NCBI GenBank assembly: GCA_002245135.1
Contig: NGBS01001166.1
Location: 1-64,000 of the forward strand
Reading direction: 5' to 3'
Length of the DNA: 64,000 nt
DNA from: Proteromonas lacertae
Lineage: Eukaryota
Below, piece after piece: positions 12,848-24,712 of this stretch (the stretch's first letter is position 1; each line of letters starts with the position of its first letter). The notes beneath the pieces are model-generated. The model worked only from the letters and a program-made list of their open reading frames with translations, was not told where the DNA came from and ran no database searches. The position numbers were made by a program, and so were the translations under genes.

Positions 12848-13363
12848 TTTACTGTATTTGAATAATTGCTAATCTTTAAATAATAAATATTTATGATAGA
12901 TAATACTGTATATACTAATATTTACTAAAGTTTTGTATTCTTGGAATTAAAATATCCATATAGCTTCAAAATACCACATAGAAATAAAAAAATCCCTAAA
13001 AGTAAGAACAAAATCATCTTAAATGAAGTGTAAAGTTAAAAATGATAAAAGAAAAATTTGTAACGAATATTTTATTATGTGATGAAAATTATTAAAATAC
13101 GAATTTTCGCAAAAATATGATTCTGCATGCTTAAATGGCACTAATATGATTTTTAAAAGATATGTCCAACCTTTATCAACATCAACAACAACAAAAATAG
13201 AAATAATTGTTGTATAAAATTTATACCATAATTCCGGATTGGTGCATTTGTAACGATACTATTTTGGCAAATAAAATTAAAAAAACACTTGATTGTCAAA
13301 CTTGTTTGTGTTAAATTTCTTCTAAATAATTCTTTTTTCATTCTTTCATATTCTAACGCATAA

Positions 13364-14092
13364 ATGTCCGCTTTTCAGGTTCTTTCACCTTCAGATAAAT
13401 CTATTATTTATCCTGATGATTCAAATTTACCCCAAAGAATTTTAAATCCATTGATTGATTACCAGAACCCACCTTACAATATTCAACCATGCAATCAAAT
13501 CTATAACAATAATGGAGTTGTTTACAAGAGTGTTGTACCCAATGTGCCCGTGTCTTTAATACATGCATTTTATCGCAATCAAAAGAAGCCTATATTCAAT
13601 TCCAAAAAGATATGTGTTACTGCTGTTAAAGATAAACTGGAAGATACACCTGAATTTAAAGAAGCTGTTGAAAAGTACAAATTAGTCGAAAATACAAAAG
13701 TCATTTGTGTTAAATGTCAAAACAATGTGAATGTTATATCATGTTTTAACTACAACAATGCAGCCTATATTTGCATGAGTTGTGCTATGGATAGGTATGA
13801 TTCAATTGTAGAATTAGTTGATTGGGAGAAGTGTAAAAGTGATAATGATACTACACAATGTTACAGATGTGATAGATTGAAGCATGCTAAGGAATTATAT
13901 TCGTTCATCAGATTTTCCAATAAACGAAGTAGATATGAAGTTGGTAATTTGTGTATTTATTGTCGTAATGTAAAGAAGTTTGAGTATATGTCGAAGCAAA
14001 AGAACAAGAGAATACAGAACCACAAGAAAACGTATATATCTCAAGATCAAATAAAACTCTTAAGCTCATTAACTTCATTACAAGTTGTATAG
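13364..14092 (+). CDS. Intronless Cys-rich putative zinc-finger protein, function unknown
   Basis: 242-aa ORF. Pro/Asn-rich N-terminus, CxxC-CF-CxxC-DWE-CxxC-H-RFSNK-CxxC, basic C-terminus. Confidence 0.75.
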   Translation: MSAFQVLSPSDKSIIYPDDSNLPQRILNPLIDYQNPPYNIQPCNQIYNNNGVVYKSVVPNVPVSLIHAFYRNQKKPIFNSKKICVTAVKDKLEDTPEFKEAVEKYKLVENTKVICVKCQNNVNVISCFNYNNAAYICMSCAMDRYDSIVELVDWEKCKSDNDTTQCYRCDRLKHAKELYSFIRFSNKRSRYEVGNLCIYCRNVKKFEYMSKQKNKRIQNHKKTYISQDQIKLLSSLTSLQVV

Positions 14093-14211
14093 TGTTATGT
14101 AAGTGTTATTTTTTTAAATTATTTATATATAAATATCAGTATGTGTTTTTTTCTCATCTTATGTTGTGTTGGTAGTTTTTTAAAGAAATAATCATAAAAT
14201 AAATTAATAAT

Positions 14212-15109
14212 TTAATGTATCCACTTCTTTTCAAATCCATCTTTCATTGGTGGTTCTAAAAATCCTCTAAATAAATCGCCACTACTACTCCATCTACAAC
14301 CATATCCTTCTGTTATTCTTATTTCAAATATATATACATCATGAGGAAGTAAATGATTATTAAACCATATTGCTTCATTTATTAATTTACAAATTATATT
14401 AAAAGCATGCTCATTTTTAACTAAATCATTTCCTTTATCCATCTTACCCCACCAATTATCTTTACTTCTAATACAATGTTTTGTTAAAGCTCTTGCACCA
14501 ACTGTCAATGGATTAGCTGATGTTGGAGTAAAAACTTGTTGAAATGATGATAATAGTTGGTCAAAATGTGGTGGAAATGCATCTATACTTCCTTTAGTAT
14601 ATCTTATTCCCAGTAATGTCAATATTCCTCTTAGTTTTATTGAATTATACAGTTGTTTTGTATTTTCAACTAACTCTTCTTCAGATTGTGGATATTGTAT
14701 TGCTTTGAATAGATCTTTGTAACTGTAAAGCATTTCCATTTGTATATTTGTTTCATCTTCAAAACATTCTTCTGAAAATGGTGTTATATTAATTAAGTTA
14801 AAATTTTGTATCGATTAATCAAAAAAAAGATATGAAAAATTTGTTTAATTGAATACAAGTCGTCTATTAACATAATACCATGTAATAAACGAGGAATTAT
14901 ATTTGATTTTGATAGATCTATTGACAATATTTTAGTTATATACATGATTCTTTTGCTTTCAAATATAATTCTTTATTCAATTCGCTTAAAAATACTGTAA
15001 TTTCTTGTTCTGTATAATTTATAAAGTCATTTAACTCCTTACAAAGTAAACATATTTGATTAGCAAAAATATCACTATAAAATGCAGATTTTTCTATAGA
15101 TTCAGACAT
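14212..15109 (-). CDS. Homolog of the C-terminal domain of plant 'RNA-binding ASCH' proteins, apparently without ASCH (1 GT-AG + 1 AT-AC intron)
   Basis: LTVGARALTKH..RS...WWG...KN..A...W.N.H....FEIR..EGYG.RWS..G..FRGFLEP....G....W.H. Upstream exons join in frame only via the AT-AC intron. Confidence 0.75.
14781..14833 (-). other. U12-type AT-AC intron, 53 nt
   Basis: Donor ATATCTTTTT, branch-like TTTTAACTTAAT, acceptor ACAC. Splicing gives in-frame KQIF-PFSEE; all three frames are closed if unspliced. Confidence 0.75.
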
Positions 15110-15219
15110 TTGTTTTTGAATTTTTAGGATTTAAAAACTACAAATGCTATGAGAAGATAGAAAATCAATTTCAAAATATTTATCCGTTTCTTTATTTCAA
15201 AATAAACTGTTATAATTTG

Positions 15220-18200
15220 ATGAGTAAGGCATTCAGAAGGTTAGAACCTCGTCGACCTTCGTTTTTGGATGAGGCATTAGAAGCTGTATACTTTTATTAA
15301 CTTAATTTAGTCAATGACAATGAATAATAACATAGAGAATGACAATTATCTTCAAGAACTTGAGCATAAGTCTTTAGAAATCCAAAAAATGTATAAACAA
15401 TGGAAGACTGAAGTAAATGAGATAACTGAAGCTGTATTCAATATATATTAATTATGCATAGCAACAAAAACAAGAAAAATACTTAAATAGTCTAGAAGAA
15501 GAAACAAAAGCACAATCAGAAGTATAGTTAAGTTAATTATTCTTCTACATAGAAACTGAAATCCAAAGAGAATAAAATTAATAGAAAAGAAGAATATTTA
15601 ACATCATTAGAATCATCTGTATATTTTATGATAATAATAATAATAATGTAAATAGATAAAAAACAAAGTTATGGAATTACACTCAACATATTCTGATTTA
15701 TATTTAAATCCACATTATCAGCAATATCTAAAATCAATATCACAAAATACACCAGAAATAATACCAACATTATCACCATTAATGAATTTAGATCAATTAG
15801 TTTCAACAGTAATGTCATTTCATCAGAAATATATAAATACATTGAATTTATTATTACAAAGAATAACAGAAGGCCATGAAAAGCTGTCATCCATAAAACA
15901 AGTACATAATAATGTACAAAAACAAATAGAAGAAAAGAATTATGGTATTGCAAGAAGAGAAGATAAATTAAGACAGTTTGAAGTTAAATTGAGAGAAAAA
16001 GAACAGAATCTAAAAGAAAAAACTGAAGAATTGAATAGAAAATTAAAAGATTTATCTGAAATAAATGAGATGAAAGATGAAATAACTCAATTAAAGTCTA
16101 ATCTAGAGAAAAAAGACAATGAAATGACACAATATGAAATGTCATTAAATCAACAATCTGCAAGTTTGAATAGTTTGAAGATGGAGTTAGAAGCAAAACA
16201 TAATGAGATTAAACAACAATCGGAATTGATTAAACAAAGTCAACAAGAGTTAGAGACAAAGAAAATGGAATTAGAATATTCTAAAAATGATTTAAATAGA
16301 CAAAATGAAAATCTTAAAAGAAAGCTTGAAGAGTTTGAAGAAAGTAGAAATAAATTCGATAAAGAGAAAAACACAAAAGAAAAGGACATGTTAGAAATAA
16401 AAGAGAAATATGAAATACAAAAGGAAGAATTACAATCATTAAAAACTGAGTTATTAGTAAAAGAAAAGTCATTGGAATTAAAAGAAAAAGAAATTTCTAA
16501 TAAAGAAATATCAATAGGAAAACAGAAATCAACACTTGACAAATACAAAACAGAAATTGACAGATTACATAATACAATAGATGTGAATGAAAGAAAACTA
16601 ATAGAAAAGCAGAAGCAATTGGATGATAAAGAATTAGAATTGAAAATAGAAAAGAGTAAAGTGAAATCTCAAATGGAAGCTGTAAAACAGAAGGAAGAGT
16701 ATTTGAATCAAAGGGAATTAGCACTTTCTAATGAAATGATTCAATACAAGAAGGATCATAAAGAGAAAGAAGAACTTATAAGTAAAAAAGAATATAAAAT
16801 GCTACAATCACAGTATGAATCAAAAGCTGCAAATGATGTATTTATATTATTGTTATTGTTTTTGTTATTTATATTAAAATAGAATATAAAACGTTTACAA
16901 GAAGAATTATCGAATAAAGAGAAAGAATATAATAAAACATTTGAAAAAATAAACAAAGAAAAAGAAATGATTGAAAAAGATAGAGATAATGCAATTAAAT
17001 TAAAGAATGAGTATTTGAAAAGATTAAAAGAATTGGAACTTAGAGATTTAGAGAGTGAAAAGAAACATACAATCGTATCAGTAGCTGAAACAAATGCAAA
17101 TGAGAAATTAAAAGAATTGAATGAAAAAGAACAGCAGTTGAAAGAATTAGAAACACATTTACAACAGAATGCTTTTTATTTTGAAGATTTACAGAAGGAA
17201 TATGACAGAAAGATTCAAGATTTAGTTGCAGAACAAGAGAAATTGGAATTATATAAAAATGATTTCGAAGAATATCAAAGGAGTGTAAATGCACAATTTG
17301 ATAAAGAAAGATATGAGATTGAACATGCGAAGTTACAATTGAATGTATAATTTTATGATTATTTTATTTTTATAGGATATTCATAGTCAAGTAACAAGTA
17401 AAGAAGTAACTATTGAAGTATTAATTATAAATAATATTATTAGACAAAACAAAGTCATTTAGAAAAGCAAGATCAATTAAACAGTGAATATAAATACTCA
17501 TTATCAAAGAGAGAACAAATAATAAAGACAAAAGAAAAACAATTAGAAGATAAAGCAAAACTATTAGAGGAGAAAGAAAAAGAATTGAAAGAAAAGATGG
17601 AAAATGTTAAAAAAGATAAAAAGAAACTGAATAAATTGATTGAAGATCATGAAGTATATATATTATTTAATTAAGTTATTATTATTATGTATGTTGAATA
17701 GAAAGAGATTCATAAATTCAAAGAATTACAATTCAAACTAGAACATGGCTATAAAGAATCACAGATGACTATTTCTAAGAATAAAAGAGATTTAAGTGAA
17801 GGAATTCAAATAGTAGAAGAACAAAAAGAAAAGATGGAAAAAGAAAAAGTAGAATTTGAAAAAGAGAAAGAACAAATGTTACAGAATATAAAAAAACAGC
17901 AAATGAAATTAGAAGAATATGAAAAGACTTTACAAACAAGAGAAATAACACTTCAACGAATGGAAAAGACAATTCAAACAAAACAACAGATGAGTAATGA
18001 CAGTATTAATAATTCAGTTCAGAATTATATGATTCAACAGAAGCAGGATGAATTGAATGTATTTGTATTATTCATATATTTATCATTAGATTTTATCCAA
18101 TACTTTGAAAGAAAAAAGTGAAGAAATAAATCAAAAGGAAGAAATGGTTGAGAATTTAATAATGCAAGTAAGAATGAAAGAGAATGAAATAACACAAAGA

Positions 18201-18731
18201 GAACAGAATTTGAGTATGAAAATGGATGAAATAATAAATACACACAAAATGAAAGAAGCACATGTATAAATCATATATATATTATATTTATAAATATTAT
18301 AATTGAAATAGTTTCAGAAATTAACAGAAAAATTCAACCAAAAAGAAATTCAATTGAATCAAAAAGAAGTGGCATTAAAACAGAGAGAAATGAGTATTAA
18401 ACAAATGACAGATCAATTGACAAAAATTCAAAAGCAGTTGAAGAAAGATGTATAAGTTTTATCAATATGTTATTTTTAGCCAAATTCAAAGAATATATTA
18501 TCAAGCAATTTTGAGGATATGATGAAACAAATAGAATTAAAAGATGAAGTTATAAGAAGTATTAGTTATTAATCTATATTTCTAAAGGTAAAGAAGAGGA
18601 AATAGAAAGATGTAAAGAGGAAATAGAGAAATTAAAGAATCAATACAATTATGTATTATAAAAATATAGTTTTATCTTATTTATATTTATAGGATATAAG
18701 CCAACATAGTATAGATTCAGGAATTGTATAA
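15220..18731 (+). CDS. Long coiled-coil protein (~12 introns), function unknown
   Basis: Starts MSKAFRRLEPRRPSF. E/K/Q-rich heptads across ORFs 15671, 16967 and 17765, joined by short GTAT...TAG introns. Confidence 0.75.
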
Positions 18732-18924
18732 AATGTTTATTATAATTAAATGAATAGAATTTTGATACTTCACTTAGTTGAGCAACACTTATAATTAAGT
18801 TTAGTTTATTTAAAAAGACATTATAAAGTTGTTTTTATGTTTATCTCCACAATATAACAAATTTATTTCCTAAAATAAGCCTCACTTTTTGAAAAATAAA
18901 ATTCTATTTTGATTTTTTCTATTT

Positions 18925-20359
18925 ATGTCTGATTCTTTAGCTGAGAGCGGCCAGTGGATATATGATTCAGTAATATCATACATAAAGGATGAGGTTATGG
19001 ATGTTCAAACCACCAGAACAGTTCAGATCATAGGATATTGTTCAGAAGAGAAGTTTTTTGAGTTCAGTGATAGATCTACGTCAATATACGGCATTTTAAA
19101 AGCAGATTCATGTAAAGAGCTTATACTTCCTACAACTAAATCAGATATAGTAGGTTTAATATTGTCGCTTTATGATTTTTATTATACTATAACCCCTATG
19201 GCAAATTTAATATCAAATAAATCTATGAATACAACAAGTTATCGAAGTATAAATCACTTTCCTTTACAGAAATAGGTTATGAAAACACAATAATAATAGT
19301 TATAAATAAATGTCGAGTAGTGTCAAATGGCCTTGCATCTCCCATAATAAATTCAAGATCCATCCTCAATTATGCAGATGTCAAGTCATTAATAGCAAGC
19401 AAGCCTTTTGGGCCAATAGGGAAGCATTTGCCTCACAATACCTCTACTGATTTAGGTAGTAGTACGTTTATAGAAGATGTGACTGAAATAAATAATAGCA
19501 GTAATATATCACCAAAATTATATGAAGAAATAAACTCTGAAATGATGTTGTTTGATGTATAAATATATAATAATATTTACTTATACATATTTTTATATTA
19601 TAGGAAGATGAATTAGAAACTCAACAACAATCAAATAACAATAATAATAATAATAATGATGTGAATAATATACAAATACTTTATACAAAAGAAAACTCAT
19701 TATTATCAGATACAAATAAAGAACAATACACATATGTAAATCCAAAAGTACCATTGAAAGAAGTAAGTGAATTAGATGAAATGATAGTGAATAAAATAAC
19801 AGATTTACAATTTAAACAGTCATATTTATCAAAGAAAGATGAAAATAATAAAAATCAAAATGTTCCGCCATCACCAGCTGTTTTAAATGACATACAGTTA
19901 GGTATACAACAGCATAATATTGATCTCATTTATAATAACAAAAAATCTACTTCTTCTTCTTCTTCTCCTTTATCTTCTTCTCCTTTATCTTCTTCTGAAT
20001 CTGATTCAATTAATCGACATAATAAAGAAAATAATAATTCTCATCGACATATAAAGAAGAGAAAACATTATAAAACAGTAGTTAATAATAATGATGTGGA
20101 ATATGTAGATTGTGATGATAGTACTAGCGAAAATGAAAATGAGAATAAAAAAATAAGAAAAAAAAGTAAAACTGGTAATTATAGATTTAATATTGTTAAT
20201 ATAGATGATATACCATCAACTTTACATCCTTCTTTAGGTAGAAAGAAATTCATAATCCAGATAGATGAATCTACACTTCAATCATTACATGTTCCTCCAA
20301 ATGCTGTAGCAAAGAGTTTTATAAATAAAATAAAACATAAGAAAAGGAGTAATCCATAA
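18925..20359 (+). CDS. TPP1/Est3/ACD-like OB-fold protein with low-complexity tail (2 introns)
   Basis: WI...TVQII...FEFSDRSTSIYGIL...IVGLILSLYDF...IIVINKCRV...SILNYADVK follows the TPP1 OB pattern. Confidence 0.5.
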
Positions 20360-20527
20360 TTTTGTAATAAATTTATAATTCTTTTAATAATAATTGTTTA
20401 TTTAATAAATATCATACAACAAAAGAAGTGTGGTATACTCCAAACCTTCATAGAGCTTTAAATCAAAGAAATTCAAAATAGATTCTCACAAATCTATGGT
20501 TTGAATTAAACAACGTAATATTTATTA

Positions 20528-21601
20528 ATGAATATAGTGTCTAATATACTTATTATTAGCTTAATATTACACATAGCGTTTACAGCATGTCCAAATTCAT
20601 GCAGCGGACATGGCATTTGTAGTACCAACAATGTATGTAGATGTTATCCAGGTTATACAGAAGGAGATTGCTCTCTAAGTATATAATAAAATATAACAAA
20701 TCTAGGAGTATGTCCATATGGCCATCCTTATGCCGATGTTCATGAAGGTGATGAAGACAGTCCTGATTTAGAATGTGCAGGACAAGGTGTTTGTGATAGA
20801 ACCACTGCTCTTTGTACTTGTAATCCTGGATATGAAGGATATGCTTGTGAAAGAACATCTTGTCCAAATAAATGCTCAGGGCATGGTGTTTGTACTCCAA
20901 CAATGTATTTAGAACATAACTTACGTATTGAAGTAACAGATAGAGCATTTGAATCAAAAATAGACTCAAAATATAAGAAATGGGATAAATTACAGAGATA
21001 TTCTTGTGTATGTGATAAAGAATATACTGGATATGATTGTTCATTAAGAAGATGTCCATTAGGTTATATTCCAAATTCTGATTGTGATTCACCAGCTCAA
21101 ACTATTCAAACAATTACATTCACAGTTGATAATAATGATAAAGGTAAAAATATTTATTTAGAATATATTGATCCAATGAAGAGAGTATGGTATACAAGTG
21201 CATTCGATCCTGAAAAGGAGGAAGGATGGAGAAGAGCATTATTCACATTGCCAACTGGATCAATAAATTTAGAATCAGTTAATCTAGGTAAAGCTTCTAC
21301 AGGAGGTTATGCTGCAACAATAAAATTCGGTAAATATCAAACAGGAAGACAAGAACAAATTAAAGTATTAGATTATACAGAATTAAGTGATGACCAATAT
21401 AAAGATTCTCAAACTTCTCCAGGTTATCATGGTATTTTAAGAGATGGTACTGCTAAATTAACAGTAAGTTATAGTACACAAGAAGGTGTTCCACCATTTG
21501 AATGTAGTAATAATGGCATATGTGATACAACTACAGGAATTTGTCAATGTTATAAAGGATTTTATGGAATTTCATGTACTGAAATAGCTACTCTAATATA
21601 A
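20528..21601 (+). CDS. Tubular mastigoneme (Sig/Ocm/Mas-type) EGF-like secreted protein (1 intron)
   Basis: Signal peptide, then ACPNSCSGHG...DCSLRVCPYG...ECAGQGVCDR...GYEGYACERTSCPNKCSGHG...W...CVCD..YTGYDCSLRRCP...ECSNNGICD.TTG.C.CY.GFYG..C. Confidence 0.8.
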
Positions 21602-21715
21602 GAAAGACGTTTAATTATTTATTTGAATATATATATATATATTGTTTGTTTATTATTTCCTTTGAAAAACAGAAAAGCCCAAAATAATAAAATATATTCG
21701 TTTCAAAATAATTAA

Positions 21716-22732
21716 ATGTCAATAAATTCCAAGAAGGAAGAGCTTTTAGATCTATTTCAAAAACATAATGGAGTATTTTGAATTTATTTATATCTTAGAA
21801 ACTTCAAGACAGTTTATTAAAAGATCATTTTGGTGATGATGTAGAAAAAATTGTTGTATTGTTAAATAATCTATATGATGAAGTATATTTGTGCATTTTA
21901 TTAAATAGGGTCGATTAAAAATCTTTGAAATCCCTGATGGTAATGTTTATCAGTTAATTAGTGATACTGAAACAATAGCACAAACAAAAAAAGTATCAGG
22001 ATTAGAGTATATTGAAAATATGATATAAAATAATAGTGATGTTGAGAGATTAGTTTATCAAGAAATAGAAAAAACTCATGAAAACGGAATATGGACTCAA
22101 GATATAAAAAATAGAACAAAATTACCACCAGCTACATTAAACAAATGCTTGAAACGATTGGAAGAAAGGCATTTAATCAAACCATTTAATTCAATAAAAA
22201 ACAAGAAAAGAAAAATGTACATATCATTTAACTTAGAACCGAGTAAATCTCATGTCGGTGGAGCTTGGTATTCTGACCAAGCTTTAGATGTTGGATTTAT
22301 ACATACAATATCAAAAGTTATTCAGAAATTATTACAAGAGTCTCCTGAAGGATTAAAATTAAGTTCAATAACACAGAAAGTGAATGAATATAAATGTTCT
22401 ACCATTCATATCTTTTTTAAAAACAGGTTAATAGAATTTTATCCTTAATTACCCTTTTACAGTTGACAGATGAAGATATCAGCGAATTATTAAACTCAAT
22501 GGTGTGTGATAACCTTATAACAGAAGTGACAGATTTATTTGTATAAATTATAGCATTATATTTATAGGGTGATGGAACAGACACATTATGGAAGATAAAG
22601 AGGCAGATACTAGCATATGACACATTTTCATCCATCCCATGTGGAGTATGTCCAAGAATTAAAGAGTGTCACAGTGGAACACCAATTTGTCCTGAAAAAT
22701 GTCCTTATTATAATCAATATTTCCAGTTTTAA
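21716..22732 (+). CDS. RPC34: RNA polymerase III subunit C34 (4 GT-AG + 1 AT-AC intron)
   Basis: LVYQEI...GIWTQDIK, LKRLE...LIK...KNKKRKMY...PS..HVGGAWY, C-terminal Fe-S motif PCGVCP...C...ICP..CPY. Confidence 0.92.
22408..22460 (+). other. U12-type AT-AC intron, 53 nt
   Basis: Donor ATATCTTTTT, branch TTTTATCCTTAAT (22437-22449), acceptor TTTTAC. Restores CSTIQLTDEDISELLNSMVCD. The internal GT-AG alternative gives an immediate TGA. Confidence 0.85.
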
Positions 22733-22873
22733 AATAAATTTTTGTTGTCATTTATACGTTTTAAGTGTATTTTGTGTTTTTAAAAGAATATATCCGTTAT
22801 TTCATATCTATTTTGATATAAACAAAAACAGTCAATTTATAAACGTAATTGATGAATTAAGTGTAAGTAAAAT

Positions 22874-24640
22874 ATGGGCAATTGTTTAAAAGTATTAGTA
22901 TTATATTACCTGTTATAGTGTTTTCATATAACTTCAATTGAACTTCCTACTGATTTTCTAGAAAGTAAAAAAACTGCAAAGATACAGAGAAAAATAGATT
23001 TAATCGAATGCTCAAGATCTGCCATTTGTAACTTCGAAGCAACTGTGAAAATGTTAAATATGTTGTCACCTCAATATATCCAATTAATAAATATAGAAAG
23101 CATAACCTCAAAATACATCGTATTTGATTCAATACAGATACAAACCTCCTTATCAAAGATAGAGTCAGTTTCAGATTGTGTGGTTCAATTGAATATATTG
23201 GAGAGTATAGCCAATGGATTACTAACATTACACGATTTAGATATAATTCATGGGAATTTAAGTCCATCCAATATATTAATAGACAGTCAAAATGTAGTTT
23301 ATATCTCAGATTATTGTTTGAATGATATTCGAAATTACAGATTATTGCCAAAGAACCATTTTGCCTATTTAAGTCCAGAACAATTAATAGATAAAGAAGT
23401 AACAAAATATAGTGATGTATGGAGTTTAGGTTGTTTATTATATTACTTAATTCAATCTCAAGACTTATTCACTGGGAATAACAAGGAAGAAATTCAAGAT
23501 AATATATTAACAATAGATATTCATCAGTTTCATGGATTGGATATATATAATTCAATAATAAGAGGATGTTTACATTATAATCCACAAACTAGGATTAAAT
23601 TGAAAGAAATTATTGAAATGATACATAGTATCTTCTTTTATTATTATTATTATTATTTTAAAATAGAAATTGAATATACACCAAAAACAATGTATTGGCC
23701 ATTAAATGACAATTTGACATTTAGAATATCCAATAGTTTACAGATTGATTCATCTCATGAGAATATTGAACTATTAATAAATGAATATAACAATAATCCA
23801 AATCAGAAATCATTATTCATTCTTATCAATTATTTGTGGAATAATTTCAATGAAGATACTAAGAAAATGATTGTGTCAAAAGTGAATTATTCTTTAAAAA
23901 TTTATAATAGAAATGGAGATTATGTCTTATTGGATAGATCCTTATTGCAACGAGTGGATAATTATTATAAACTCAATCTACAATGTATGTCTATTATTAT
24001 TAATTATTATTATTATTTTTCTATATATAAATAAATAGTTAAAAAAGTTGGTGATGCTGGTTTTAATTGCATTACTCAATATATGTATCTTTTAACCAAT
24101 ATACAATACATTGATTTAAGGTTTAATGATATTACATCTCTCAATATATCATCAATAGTGAAATGGTTACCAAATTTAATCTTTTTAAAATCATTTTATA
24201 TTGATAATAACCCTATTGAAGATGATGGATTGTCATTATTAAGTGATTATCTGCATTTAATGTTAGGAACACAAGTGAATAAGGTGTCTTATATACATTT
24301 TAGGTGTATGTGCTTAAAGAATGATGGTATTTACAAAATTTCAGACCATTTAGAACAAATTAAGAATGTTGAGATTATTTCATTTTATGTTAATAAAATT
24401 AGTGATGATGGATTGAAATACTTCAGTGATAGATGTTCTGTTCTGACAAAATTGTGTAAATTAGATTTCAATAAGAATTCAATCACATCCAAATCAGATA
24501 AATACATCCAAAAGATAATACATTCGATTCCTACATTGGAACAATTCAATTTAGCTTCTAATTTAATATCTGCGAATAACATGGAGAAACTTCAAAAAGA
24601 ATATCCCAAAATCAAATTTAATGTTAGTAATGAAATTTAA
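22874..24640 (+). CDS. Pseudokinase + RI-type LRR protein with MGNC N-terminus (3 introns)
   Basis: IIHGNLSPSN (no HRD Asp), SDYC in place of DFG, YLSPE, DVWSLG. LRRs such as LRFNDITS, IDNNPIEDDG, FYVNKISDDG. Confidence 0.75.
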
Positions 24641-24712
24641 TTATATGTCTTCATTTAAAATGTGTTTGATTATAAAATTTCAAAAAAATGACGAAACGGA
24701 TTTAATTTTAAA

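Noticed and set aside
15669..18261. Antisense hydrophobic ORFs (also 30074, 37187, 37198, 56364 and others)
   Set aside because: Shadows of E/K-rich sense coding sequence.
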